Of a stretch of DNA of 64,000 nt, positions 48,306 to 61,704 are shown in pieces. A program made the position numbers and the translations under genes. Source of the DNA: Macrostomum lignano (lineage: Eukaryota); the NCBI GenBank assembly GCA_002269645.1, contig NIVC01001274.1, forward strand, positions 62,001-126,000, read 5' to 3'. The notes beneath the pieces are model-generated. The model was not told the DNA's origin, ran no database searches, and was given only the letters and a program-made list of their open reading frames with translations. Positions within the stretch are counted from its first letter, which is position 1. Every line of letters starts with the position of its first letter.

Positions 48306-51300
48306 ATGCTTGACTACTCGAAACTGGCGGCGGCGCTTCTGCTCTCCATCGCCTGGATCGGCCTGCTAGCTCAGCCGGCTTTTGGCGAGCTCCGGCACTA
48401 TGCTAAACGTCGTGGAGAGTTTGAAACACCAGCCGATCAGCCCTACAGTCCCATCGGGTATCGCAGCGGCGGCGGCGGCGGCGTCCCTGGTGGCAGCTCG
48501 CCTCCGCAGTGTCAGCTCGAGATTGCCTGCTCCGGCGTCAGCGGCCGCACCCCTGTCCGGCTGCCTATCCAGGGTCCTCGGGGTCCGCCCGGAGAGCGAG
48601 GACCGCCCGGCGAAAAGGGCATGCGAGGCGAGCCGGGCCGCGTTGGCGAGCCAGGTACGCGGGGCGGTGATCAGTTTGAATGGATGAGTTGTTTATGCCA
48701 AAAACTACTAGTAGTTCAATGTCGGTTTGGCCAACAACTGCAAGATCTACTAATAGCAGAAACTCTTCCTGTACTTAGCTAATGCTGTTGAGGTCGAGGT
48801 GCTGTGCGTATTGAAAGTCCTCTAGTTAGCGTTCTGACTGACTGACTTGCTGACTGACTAAGCTAACTGTGCCTTGCATCTGATGATGGATGGATGTGTT
48901 GACTAAAAAAAACATGCTAGAAAAGGCCTTAGGCTATACGACCAAAACAACACGCCTCTCTATCTGGGCTCAGTGTGATTGCAGTGTGTGTCAACAACAC
49001 TTGGCAAAGTTCTCATAAAGCATGCTCGTGAGGGAAGAAAGATTGAATTACAGAACCCCCAGTCGATCTGTTCCCAACCTACAAACAAAGCACGCGCATA
49101 CATCGGTGGGCAGTGAGTTGCCGGACTCTAGCTCAATCAATAAGCTTTTTTTCTCTCTACTTCACTCCAAAGATTTTTCGTCTGTTAAGGGATGAAACGG
49201 CAAGATGCCTCTTGCCAACGTAAAGATTTTATAAAGCTGCTATATGCTTCTGATTTCTAGGATACATTGCATCGAGATAAATCGATAGAAATCTGCTGAA
49301 CTTCCTTAAATTTAACTAGACACCCTAACATTATCCACTGGGCTGAACTCATGTTTACCTGCTACATGTGGGTATGCACTATTTTCCGTTAGTAAGGTAA
49401 CTTTATAGCTTGTATTACCTGATTTGATTGCCTTTGCTCAAATGGAAGACGACTCATGCTTCAGACAACACCGGATCAAACGCTCGCTTGCTAATATTTG
49501 TTCCTGGCATTTATTTCTTTTCGATTTTTTGGTCCTCAACAGATACTGTCTTTCACTTAGGAAGCTGCAAAGCAAACAGAAATTATATCGATGGTGAATT
49601 GTTTGTACTGATAACAGAAAAAGCAAATAAGTATAAGATATTCTATGGGTTTTTCGGTCGGTATTTCACTTAAATCCCGAGAGCCTTCGGGATTCGGCCA
49701 TGGATGAATAATATAACTGGATCGCCAGAAGCTCGATTTTTTTGGTCCTAGCCATAGACAAGCACCAGCATCACAAGAAGCTCAGAATGCCGTACTTTCA
49801 CCCTGCATATATTGCGAGCATGTGCTTGGACATAAAATAAAATACTTATAAATAAAGGTTTGCAGCTTCTGCGGCGGCTATTTGTCTATGTGTGAAAGTA
49901 CGGCATTCTGAGCTTCTTGTGATGCTGGTGCTTGTCTATGGCTAGGACCAAAAAAATCGAGCTTCTGGCGATCCAGTTATATTATTCATCCATGGATTCG
50001 GCTCTCGGGATTTAATCACATACCGACCTCAAACCCATAGAATGTCTTATTTAAACTACTTTAATTTTGCGGGATGTATTCAGATAAATCCCGGAGCCAT
50101 ACTTGTATGTCTATGGTTGAAGTTGGGGATGGGGGTGTGGGGGGGCGAAGTCCCTGCTGGGGTTGTGGGGGCGAATCCCCCACATTTTTACCATAGACAA
50201 AATTTCATTAAGAAATTTCTCGAGTCACGAAGGAAGAGAAGAGAGAAGCACGCTTATTTAGATACATACAATAATCCTTGCAATATGTCCGGGAAAGTGA
50301 TCGATTAAATCCCGCAAAATAAAATCTATGTCAATAACCTCCCTGAAAGTGAGCTTTAAAGTGGTTTAAAATCTGCATAACGTGAAAAACTTGCGACACA
50401 CTGCTTGTATTTCTGGGCTTGATTTAATTGATATCTCATTGATATCTCAGGTATCATATCTATGGTAACGAAGAGAATGAAAATTCAAGGGGGGGTTAGC
50501 TGACACCTCTGCCCCTTTTCAAAAGAAGCCGAACTGCAATATGGGACGGCCATCGAAGGGAGGTCAAGGATAAGGAAGTAGCATGCAGGAAGTAACCTAT
50601 TAACCGACTAACTTAACGCACAGAACTACTGAACTCTTCTCTTAATGAACAATTTAAAGTCAACACGTGACAGAATGAGTCATAACGTGTTAGCAATTGC
50701 TAAGTGTTGTACTTACATTGACTTTGGTGCGCTAATTAGAAGTTTGGCACCGGCAACAGCTGGGACATTTTCTAAGAAACAGCAGTATTGATCATTACCA
50801 AAAAAACACAACTTGGATAGTAAAAAATAGCCAAGTTAATTAATCAATTTCCCAATAATTAAAATTGTAGGGCCCGTCCCAGCTGTTGACCGGGAAGCAG
50901 CCACTGTTGACTACGTGAACGACAATTCGTATCTAAATAATGACGCTGATAGTGATGGCGAAGAGCCTGATGACCAGATGATGTTTGCCGACGAAGCGGA
51001 CGAAAATGAGCAGCCAAGCGGGTTGGGCCAGTGCCAACTCGCTCTGGTTGAGGCCAGCACAGGTGAGGCCTGCGAGTTCGGGGGACCCGGCAGCGGCTTG
51101 GTGCAGCTCAACGCCACAGATGAACTGATTAGTCAGCTGATTGCCGCTTCTTTGGTGCACTTTCCCGATGACAGAGCTGGTCAGACCGACTTGCTGAAGC
51201 ACTTCTATGATGCTACCACTGCGGCGGCGGCGACGCCTAAGGGCTCATCGGAGTCCAAGCAGCCAGCTAAGGGCGAGTCAGGCCGTCCCAATGCGGGACC

Positions 51301-54300
51301 CGCAGCAGACGGTGTAAATCATTTAGCGACGTCGGCTAAAGTACAGGGTGGCGGCAATGGCGGCACTCGAGTTCGGGACTTTGGGGTCAGCTTGGCTATT
51401 TCCATTGCTGTACTGATGGGGAATCTGTTTTCAGTGTTCGATTGATTTTAACATTCTTTTAAATTAATCGTTTATGCTTTATTGATTGGTTGCATGTAGT
51501 TGAAGCTTAAACTCTGTTGAGTATTTTTGTAAGTCTGCTATATTAATTGTAAGAAAAATCCGCGAGAAAGCTTTTTAGTTATAAGAACTCGCAAAATTTG
51601 GCAATATTTTCGTTGTTTACTTACTGGGCGGCTCTTTAATTGATTGACAAGCAAATTGAACTGCTCAAACCCAGAATGCTATGAACAGATCCGATTGACT
51701 AAAATTAATTTGCATTTTGCCCAAACTTCACTCTTTTAAATCCGAATTTACATGTACATTATTAATTTTCTATTTAAATTAACTTTGTTATAGTGAATGA
51801 AACATGCGAGATATTTCGAACCATATTCAGTTGATCTGGGCTGCATATCGAAAACCATATATAGTACGTTTTCTTGTTGTGGATTTTTCATTCGTGTAAA
51901 TATTCTTAGAGATTTAGTTTGTTGTTGTTCGAAAGATCTAAATGGTTTAAAAGTTTGTTAAAATGTGCATAAAACGAATAATGTTATATTAAATAAACGT
52001 TCACATGGCTTCAAAATGATTTTTTAATCGTTTCAAATTGCTGTTAAAATCTCAATTCGTGGCCTCGAAGCGACACTACAAACAAATATACAATATTTTA
52101 AAGACTGACGTTCAGATTCTCTTTGGGGAGCAAGTTTTTTAGGGCGGGGCTTAAACTGCCTTTCCTCTTTTTACGATTCTTTTCCTCTCTTTGTAAGAAA
52201 AGATCGTGCCCCAATCTGATCAGGCCAATTTGTTGGCGACCGCTCAAAGGTCCAAGTAAAATGAGACGTGCATGGATTTCGCTCGGGGAGCAAAGACATT
52301 CTTCTCTCCCGTTTCAAAGGCCGCGAGTCGAGGGATGCTTAATTCATTTTTGTGAGCAATTGAGCGTGGCATCGCCGCAGTTTGCACCGGAATGGAGCTT
52401 TCACATGAATTGCTTGATTCGACCCACCCCAAAAGAAAGACAATTATCAAAATGGTTCGCAGTTTTTAAAGCGATTATTTTGCCATGCCATCATCTGCAA
52501 GCCGAGCTTTTAGATTAGAAAAGAAAGAATGGGGGAAATAAAATGGATCTGCAGTGGATCAAAATGTTTTTATTCGATCCATCTGCTACAATTTTTAAAC
52601 TTCATGAGTGCTATATCAAATCCACTGTATTTATCTTGGAAAGAATCCTTTACCATTAAAAATTGCGAAGCAAAAACCACGAGAAAGCATGAAACAGAAA
52701 AACACAAGCATAGCGGTTTAAGTGCATGGGAATAATCGCAAATGATTTATGTTGGTTCAAAGGAAACATCTATCTAGCTAATCTATCCATCTATCCTGAC
52801 GCAGGTCGAGACGCTCAGATGGTGCCCAAGGTGGCCTTCTACGCTCACCTGTATAACAACACGCACCGGGACCCGTTCACAGACGGGGCCAATAGCGAGG
52901 CCGAGCCGGTGGTGAAATTCGAAATTGTTGAATTGAACGCCGGCAGCGCGTACGACCCCGCCACCGGGATCTTCACTGCCCCAGTCGCCGGTGTGTATCA
53001 GATCTACGTAAAGATTGCGGCTCAAGGACAGCGCACGGTAGGTTTAACGGTAGGTTGGAAGGAGTTGGAGCTGCGCTTAAAAAGCTTGGAAGGAGCCGAC
53101 GATGCAATTCAAGTAAGCGAATTTGCCCCCGCGGCTCTCACCAATTCGGTCTGTGATGAGATCGATCGTCACGATCTATCGGTGAGATGAGGTGGTAATG
53201 TCGACCCAACGTCAACCCGTCAACAAAAGTTTGTTTTTCGTTTCGATGTACGTAAGTTATGCGTAAAACTCTCTGTTAATCTAGAAGCTAGATCTACTCC
53301 TCGATTTTATGAGAAAATTTCGCATGATTCAATTCGATCGATACGCACGTATCTCTGCGACAGATTCAACTAGATAGACTCCTATAGAAAATCACAAAAA
53401 CTTTATTTATCAATATACGATTTAATTCGATCAGAATAAAAACGTTACCCATTATTTTCCACCCATTTAGTTTCGAGGTCAAAATTCAGTATCAGTTTGA
53501 ATTTTTTAAACTTTTGTTTTAGCTCGTAATTATGCAAAATAATTTCCTTTTTACAGTGACGTTGACTTAAAAATCAAAGTCAACGATATTTTAATGCCAC
53601 AAAAAAATGGAAAAAAAAACGAATCAAAATTTTCTTAATAAAAAGTCATCGATAGTTTTCACTAGTACCCACATTTTACCGACCAGTCAAAACAAAATAA
53701 TTACTAACATGCATATATATCTTTTAGTGCCCGAGCGTATACAGCTTAGTATAACAAAAAAGTATAAAAAAGTTCTTAATGTTTAAGATGCTTTTGTCTG
53801 AAGCTTTAGCTTAGCACAATAGCAATTAATGCCAAGCCTTACGAGCGTAAAAAGTAGCTCTTTTATAGTTCTTAGCAAATAACAAACTAGCTCGTATGTA
53901 ATTTGTGTTTGAGGCCAGTAGACCTATAGCTAGAACTTTAGTCGCTTCCTAACCGTTGCAATTAGTATGCATCTTTCGTTGCTTATTAATAGATGAGTTT
54001 TAGTGCTTGATTTCGTCCGTAGGCACGTCCAGGGCCTCTCCACTAATTTTTGCACACCTTCCCCTTCTCCCCTTCTCTTGTGATCCGTGCGCCCCCATCA
54101 CGACTCTGCATTGGGATTATTCATCACGATGAATCATTTTATTATTATCCATCTCACTCTCCCGCGCACCAACCCCACCTCCTCACCTCCCTTCTATTGT
54201 TCGAAATCATCAATGCGTGTGACAGTTTTATGACCCCCCTATCTTATCAAGCTTTTTACCGCCTGTTACGTAATCCTCCATCATAAATCATTTTCTCATT

Positions 54301-57300
54301 TGCGCGCCACCCCAATTTCTCGTCCAATCACAGCGCAGCTGACTTGTGACATCATCAGGGCTGCCTTATAACGGAGGCCAAAGACAGGTCACGGCCTTCG
54401 ATACATGCATCAGGGCTATAAATAAGGAGCCCGTTTTGAGCCCTTTTGAGTTGTGAGTAGAGAGTGTGCCTATTGCAGAGCAAGGAATAGAAGCTGAGGA
54501 TGGAGAGTGCAAAATCACCCAGTACTCGTATGAGACGAATCCAACCAAACAATCATAGCAGCACTGACTTGACTGTCCTTTTTATGCCTCGCATAGAGTG
54601 ACTTAATCGGCCGTTTCTAGTACAGTTGGGGTCAAGAACCTTTGTCTTTTATACAGACCGGGTGTATACATTCGTCTCGTTAGTGGGAGTTTTTACCGGT
54701 TGTACTCCTGCACAGGTGACTAGTGGCGGCCACGCCTTTGGCGTGTACTTTCAAACAACCCGGGCCCGCTGTCTATATAATGGGATCTCGGCCGCAAGGT
54801 CAGCTACCGCACCATCAAGAGGTGGACAAAGTCTAGCAACAACAACAGAATACGCTTTCAGCGTCACATTGCGCGCCTCAGGGTCAGGTCGCGAATGAAC
54901 GCAAAGCCGCCAGCCGAATCCGGGGCGCCGGCGTCAGCCAGCAGGCAGTCGACGAAACGCCGAGTGCGGGCCTGCCCCCGCCGGTAGGGTGCCTGCAGCG
55001 TCAGCAGCAGCACCTCCTGCACCGGCTGTGAGCAGTACGACTCGGTGCGGATGATGTGGCCTGCCAGCTGGAGTCGCCGATGGCGCAACAGGTCGCTTGG
55101 ACGGACCCGGCCGGCGCGATGAAACAAAGCTGCGTTGGTCAATCGCTCGTAGCCGATTTTGCGCAGCAGGCCAGAGTGCGCTGCGTCAACTTGTTGCTCG
55201 AGCGATTCCGTCAGCGTCCAGGTCTCTGGATCTCCGGTTGACGTCGACTCACGCGTCGCCGCAACAGAAAGCCGTCGTCCTTTGGTAGGAAGAGCGGTCC
55301 GCAGCACCCAGTTAAGCACCAGAACGAACAGGAACGGCGCAAGCGTATCTCCTTGAAGCACCCCGGAGGATGTCTCAAAGAAGTCCGATAGGCCGTCCGG
55401 TGTTAAAACAGCAGCTTTTGTATCACGGTACATCGCCATGATGGCGGAAATCAGCTGCTCTGGCACGTTTTACGCACTGAGCACCTTTGGGAGCACAGAC
55501 CTGACGACCGAGTCGAATGCCTTCTTGAAATCTATGAAGATAACAATCAGGATCGACTGGCGTGTCCGCGCGTCCTCGATGACTCGGCGACTCGGCGAAG
55601 AGCCAGGATCTGCGTCATTGTGTCGCGATGGGGCCGGAAGCCGTTCTGCTCAGGACGCAGGTACGGATCCAACGCGGGCTGCAACCGCGATAGCAGCATC
55701 CGGTTGAACAGCTTCGCAGCGCAGGACTGAAGGCAGATGCCTCGATGCTCCTCAAGCCTCGTGGTGCTCGGCTTCTTAGGAATTGTGACAATGTGCTCCT
55801 GGTCCATTCGTTGGGTGCCTCCTCACCGATAAGCACGCGATTCATCACTCTGGCAACCTCACTGGCCACACAGTGGATGTACAGCGTCTCGATGGGGCTG
55901 CTCGTCCGGACTCAGCGCTTTCCCGCCTGGTGACTGTTGGGCGAGCCTCATAGCGTCGGCTGTGCTGACTGGTGCTAGGCTGAAGCTCTCCTCTGCCAGC
56001 AACTGCATCTCCGGCGGCAGCGTCAGACTGTCTGGCAGCGGGGTTGGCGGCGCGTTAACAATGGCGGCGAAGAACTCACGCAGCTCGTTCCTGTGCTCGT
56101 CCGCAGAGTCGCCTGCCAGGTTTAGTGGAGAGCGCCACTTTCGCCCCGTCAGAGCATTGATAGCCGACCAGTTCAACGCGGCCTCTGGCATCGGGCCCAG
56201 CGGCAGAGACGGCCCGAATGGCGTCATCAACAGCAGCCTGCTGGCGCTCTCTCGGAAACGGAGTCTCTCCAGCTCTTCCCTCGCTTGCCGAATCGCGGCC
56301 CGATTGTCTTGCCATACCGGCTTCTCCCGTTGGGCCGGTCGCATCAGCGGGACTGCTTGTTCCTCGGCGGCTCGAACAGCAGCGCACACCTCCGCGTACT
56401 CGGCACCTCCACGCTTGCCGCCGAGTGCAGTGATGAAAGCGCTAGCAAAGCGGCTGTGCGTGTTGGCGTCCCTGGGCGCGCGGTAGTATCGCCGCGGTGG
56501 CCGCTTCGGCAGACGATAGAGCGGATCGCAAAGACGAAGGTCGCAGACCGCAGAGCAAGCGGTGTGATGGCGCGGCAATTGAAAGCCTAGCTAGGAGACG
56601 AGGCCTGGTGGCTGTACTTTTCAGCGCTACAGCGGTTCAGGGTTAAACAGGTGTTCATGCAGCCCGTGTTACGAAATTTGCAGTTTTAGCCATGAAATTA
56701 AGACTTCAATTGAGTTTAACTTAATAATTTCAGCACAACATTTCTGTGGTTTAAGTTCTTTATTTTGAAGAAATAGAACATACTTAATGCGAGAGCACTC
56801 CCTGTAGTTTTGTATTAAATAATGTGGGTGTATCCGGGAGCTCCATCTATTTATATTCCAGCTTGCCCCTTCCGTCAAACCACTCTCTGTGACTTCCTTA
56901 AAGCGAAATTTAATATACTCGTATGTCATCCTTGAATTGCTACCAATTCACAATCTTTGGATTTTGAAAACGCATTTTTGACAGCATAAAATAAGTTAGC
57001 TACGACTAAATTTATTGTTGTTTCTTATCAACAAAAAAGTTGTAGATAACTCACAAATGAATGGGTTGACGCACGTTTCGTCGGCTCATTCCAGGAAAAG
57101 AAACGAATTAAATAAATATCAGGTGTTTGTTACTTCAGAAAAAATGAAAAACATCTACGAGCTCGCATGCTTCAACTCCCAGTGCCTTGTTGTAAAGTAA
57201 TTAAACTATTTATTATACAACAGTTGCATGTAGTTACGTTTTTGTTATGCATGATTTGTTTTACTGTCTGTCTTGCAATTTCGGTCTAGTAGTATTTAGA

Positions 57301-59227
57301 TCGCTTTCGATGCAATAATGTAGCTAGATTTCTTACATTTGATTGCAGTGTCTTACATATTCAGTAAAAAGTTGTGTAGATTTTTGCTTTTTCATTTAAT
57401 TTTTAACCAGCTATGCTGTTTTAAATAAGGAAGAAAATTTAATAAGACTAATTCCATATTGACCTTTTCAGTACAGCACAGTAAGTAACCATATACACGT
57501 TTGTACTGCTCATATATAAATCCAGGAAATAGCTTAAAATGAACATTTAGCTCTCCAAATAGAACCTGTTTTAAACGAGAAACCATTATTGAAGTTTTAT
57601 TTTTAATTTTCCTAACTCACATTTTAAAATGCAACATGCATAAATGGTCTCAATTTTATTAATGCGTCTTTTTGTTAAAATTTTGATCAGAGTTTGACGT
57701 ACGAACACTAGCTATAACTCTGATTCAGAGATTCATAAATTCAGAACTCACACTGAGTTCATTATTACTGGCGACTCAACGAAAAATTCGAATGCCTGCA
57801 CGTGTACTTTGATTTCCCAAAGGATTTCCCTTTCCCCCCAGAATATATTGATCAAAATGAAAGAGATGGGCGTCGATCTAGAATTGCTAGCTATAGTAAT
57901 CGATTTGGGAAGAACTAGCATGATTCAGGCGGATTATGAAATGAAAAAAAACATGTATTTTGGCAAAGTTAGTCCCTAACTCTGTAGGTAATGCATACGG
58001 CTCGTGAAAATCTGCCTTTACCCCTTTATGATATTTTTTCGTTCATATTGGAATTCAGTAATTTCCATTTATTAAGCAGGCAATCATACATAATCCCAAC
58101 ATGCGCTGTAAGAACTTCATTGCAAAAAATGATTTTCTGATTTGCATAAAGATCTGCAGTAGATCCTAGTCAAACACAAGTTAGTTTTACTGTAGGACAC
58201 TGTTTCTGGTGTTAACGGCACACTTTATCATATCATGTCGTACATGTATCAGTAGAAGATACGTACCTTACTGAATTAAGGCGAGTGACTAGTTAGACTG
58301 AGAGTGACTGAGAAAGAGTGACTGGGGAAGAGTGAATAGGGGAGAGTGACTAGGTGAGAGTGACTAGGTGAGAGTGACTGGGGGAGAGTGACTGGATGAG
58401 TGAGAGAGAGTGGCTGGGTGAGAGTGACTGAGGGAGAGTGAGAGTGACTGCATGAGTGAGAGTGAGAGTGACTGGGTGAGAGTGACTGAGGGAGAGTGAG
58501 AGTGACTGCATGAGTGAGAGTGAGAGTGACTGGGTGAGAGTGACTGAGGGAGAGTGACTGAGGGAGAGTGAGAGTTACTGCATGAGTGAGAGTGAGAGCG
58601 ACAGGGTGAGAGTGACTGAATGGGTTAGAAGGTGATAGAGTGCGATGGTGATGCAATATATACATATGGTGGGAATTTTTAAATGTACATACACACATAG
58701 ATACACGTACTGTACATGTGTAGTACGAGAGTAGTGTTTTACGATCTCACTTTATTTTTACGAATTGGCACCAGACAAATTTAGCTTGCACAATTTGCAC
58801 AATAATCTGCGTATTCATTGACTGTTGATTTGTTATCAGTAACAGCAACAGTCATTTATACGGTTGCATATGTATTTTCAGATGAATTCAGTTCATTTTT
58901 ATTCTTTTAACCACGTACATGTACACATCATCAATTCCTTAAAATTAAGATTTTCTCTGCAAAAAAACTGTTTTCTTTCAGGCCGCAGTTCACGTGATGA
59001 CTGGCTCCGGCAGTCAGAAACGGCTCCTGTTCCCGCTGTGGTGCCAGTCTGTGCCAGACTGGGGCGACACCAGCAACCAGATCCTGGTGCGGTTGCAGCG
59101 CCTCGACACTGTCTGGGTGCAGTACCGTCAGTATTGGTCTTCGGACAAGACCTACGTACCGGTCTGGTATCTGCACGGCTATTCTTATTCGGCCTTCTCC
59201 GGCCACCTCGTGTTCACTGACGAGTAG
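48306..59227 (+). CDS. Secreted collagen-C1q domain protein (C1q-like/CTRP family); exons 48306-48654, 52805-53037, 58982-59227 (275 aa)
   Basis: Signal peptide MLDYSKLAAALLLSIAWIGLLAQPAFG; G-X-Y run GPRGPPGERGPPGEKGMRGEPGRVGEPG; C1q motifs PKVAFYAHL, VKFEIVELNAGSAYDPATGIFTAPVAGVY, SNQILVRLQRLDTVWV, YSAFSGHLV; introns GT-AG phases 1 and 0; AATAAA at 59279. Confidence 0.9.
49640..50043. repeat. Foldback / long inverted repeat in C1q intron 1
   Basis: 49698-49801 is the reverse complement of 49892-49995 apart from one indel; imperfect pairing extends to 49640 and 50043; about 90-bp spacer. Confidence 0.95.
50871..51445 (+). CDS. Putative alternative terminal exon (acidic, Cys pair, GPI-signal-like C-terminus)
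   Basis: AT-rich tract then TTGTAG acceptor at 50870; phase 1 matches the donor at 48654; 191 open codons ending GVSLAISIAVLMGNLFSVFD-stop; GC-rich coding-like composition in AT-rich surroundings. Confidence 0.65.
54564..56590 (-). mobile_element. Decayed, 5'-truncated RTE-like non-LTR retrotransposon in C1q intron 2
   Basis: RT motifs across frames: TIPKK, HRGICLQSCAAKLFNRMLL, QNGFRPHR, FIDFKKAFDSV, GVLQGDTLAPFLF; several frameshifts, an in-frame stop, no YADD segment; tail AGTCAAGTCA on the minus strand at about 54574-54565. Confidence 0.85.
58281..58622. repeat. Degenerate GAGAGTGACT-type repeat
   Basis: Repeated GAGAGTGACTG and GTGAGA units. Confidence 0.9.
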
Positions 59228-60337
59228 TATAGGATCCTTGCGCTGAGGAGCTATCCTCTTGAATGATAAATCGATCAAAATAAAGTCAAAACAAAGACCA
59301 TCTTACGAGCTAGATAACACAGTTTCGGAAGTAGTCGTAACATTTTAAGATTTTAAAGTCAGAAGTGTACTCTTTTTAACACCGTATATGATTGGGGAAT
59401 GCTTGCAACCAATATTATCAACTTTAGAGTCTTTTATTACCAATTTGAAGGTCGTTAGTACATGTACCTACTATTAAGAGACTCCGATCTTATCAATCTT
59501 TAATCCACTTATTAATTTCTTTTCACCAATTTCCAGTGTCAGTAACTATCATCTTTTTACCAGTATGTTTACCATACTAACCTTTTCGTCATAATCAGTT
59601 TTTGAGCTTGTCGGTTATACTGACACAATATCGACATAATCAATTAATACATCTTACGATTTTCGCAACTTACAAAATCCTATTTATTTATTCGTATTGT
59701 AACACATCGAGCTGTAAAATGACTTTTACAATCTTCTTAAAAAGGAAAGCAATTCGATGACCATATATTTGTTTAATTCTATCAAAAATCATTTTAACAC
59801 GACTATACACGCTTCAAAATAGTTTAACAAACGTTGATTAAGGAATATTCGTTTTGCTAATCATCCATTAAAATGAAATATCTTTTTCTTCATGTAATAA
59901 TGTACGGTCTACCCTAGCATGTCAATATTAATATTTATATTTCCGCTACGTTCTCGATTTTATGTAAATTTATTGTTCATGTACATGCATTCTTACTGAT
60001 TCTAATGACGTCTGAAAGCTTGAACAATTTGATAAAAAAGCAAAAACAATTCTTTTACAATAAACCTCTGTAAGCTTCTCTTAAGAATAATAATTTAATG
60101 ATACAATCTTACCTTGCAAAAGTACAAATATACAAAAATACCATTTCGACTAAACTATTTTACGGTCACTAACACCAGCTTCTTTAAGTTCCTCATACAA
60201 AACCAGTAGTTTCTCGTGTAATTTTTCCGTTTGTCCTTACAATTCTACATAAATATTAATTCCACGTGAATCTATAATAACAATCGTAAGACAAATTGAA
60301 GCACTAGTTTTTGAAGATATGTCCCAAACTATATGCT

Positions 60338-60535
60338 GAGATGTCACTAACTAATGCAGAGACGTCACTTATACACGTGTAACTAACGTCACTTCCACAG
60401 ATGTCACTATAACTAATGCACAGACGTCACTTATACACGTGTAACTAACGTCACTTCCACAGATGTCACTATAACTATTGCACAGACGTCACTTGACAGA
60501 TGCCACTATAGCTAAATTGCACAGACGTCACTTGC
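60338..60535. repeat. 62-bp tandem repeat with GTCACT subunits
   Basis: GACGTCACTT recurs at 60361, 60423, 60485. Confidence 0.85.
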
Positions 60536-60544
60536 ACCGATCTC

Positions 60545-61704
60545 TGACTTACTTGGCTTATATAGCTAGCTGCAGATTGGTCCGTAGACACAGCGGGGAG
60601 GCGAGGGTCGCCCATTCCGGTAGCCCCTGAAGGCCCGCAGACAGGCAGAGGCGTATGGGCCGGTCAGGGGGGGTCCGCCGGTCCGTCCTGCAGCGTGATC
60701 TTCCGTGGGGAAGAAACTGGCTCGTCTTGTCGCTCGAAGGAACTGGATGAGTCGTGAGATGCTGTCAGGCTGGCAGACCTCGTCAATGGACGGGTTCGGC
60801 CCGAGGTAGCGTAGCCGGTCTCTGGTAAAGAAAGGGCAGTGACAAACAAAGTGCTGAGCATCTTCATTGTCGTACTCGCAAAAGGGGCAAAGTTTAATCT
60901 CGAGGTCGCCTCGGAGGAAGCAGTTGCCTGGCGAGGTAGCCGAGGCCGGTGAGGGTCATGACAAGGGCTCAAATATCCTTCTGATTTTGCTTCAGAAGGA
61001 CGTTTCTGAGCCTGCGAGAGGGGCACGAGATTGTCGGCAGTTTTGGGTGCCCGCCCATTTGTCCCTGTGGAGGGAGTCAGCCCAGTCATCGATCTGACGA
61101 TTTATGACTGTCGAAGGCATAGGGACCAGGGGGGGGGGGGGCAGGGCCAAAGAAAGAGCCAGAGCCGCCCCTCTTGGCGAGGGTGTCTGCCAGCTTGTTC
61201 CCCGGAAAGCCTGTGTGCCATGGGATCCACTTCAGCCTGACAGTATTATATTGCTACTGGCCAGGAGGTGTGTGAGGGAGTTCGTTGTGGTGTGGCAAAG
61301 GGCCTGTAAGGCCGCTTGGCTGTCGGAGTGGATGACAATAGTCTTTCCTCTCGTAACCTTGGCGTTCAGCTCTGCAGCGCAGGAGCTGATGGTAAAGACT
61401 TCGTTCTGGAAGACTGTGGAGAGTCTGCCAGTGTGCATGACGCGGCCGTTGATGATGATGCAGACCCCAAAGCCGGCGCGGCCGTCTTTGATGGATCCGT
61501 CCGTGCAGCAATGGACCTCCTGGAAGTTCCAGTGGTCAGTGGCAGCATCCCTAGAGGGGATGGTGACCTTGTAGCGCTGAAAGAGGTTCAGAGTGCGGGA
61601 TTCACCGTCAGATAAGACTTGGAGCCCGCCGCCGTCTCTCAAGTCTTTGAGGCAAAGGTCAGTGTGAGGCAGGAGCTTGCACTTAGCGATGGCCCTGTCA
61701 GGCA
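60545..61704 (-). mobile_element. 5'-truncated degenerate LOA-clade LINE (RNase H to 3' end), a different family from 865-6757
   Basis: HCCTDGS, STVFQNEVFTISSC, IHSDSQAALQAL, LKWIP, ADTLAK, EDAQHFVCHCPFF, LRATRRA parallel ORF2 of the first element; homologous 3' UTR motif; frameshifts and deletions. Confidence 0.88.

Noticed and set aside
54310-54362. CTGATGA on the minus strand, possible hammerhead core
   Set aside because: GAAA does not directly follow a closing stem II, and stems I and III are absent.
60664-61089. 141-aa minus-strand ORF
   Set aside because: Off-frame reading of the degenerate LOA ORF2 C-terminus.
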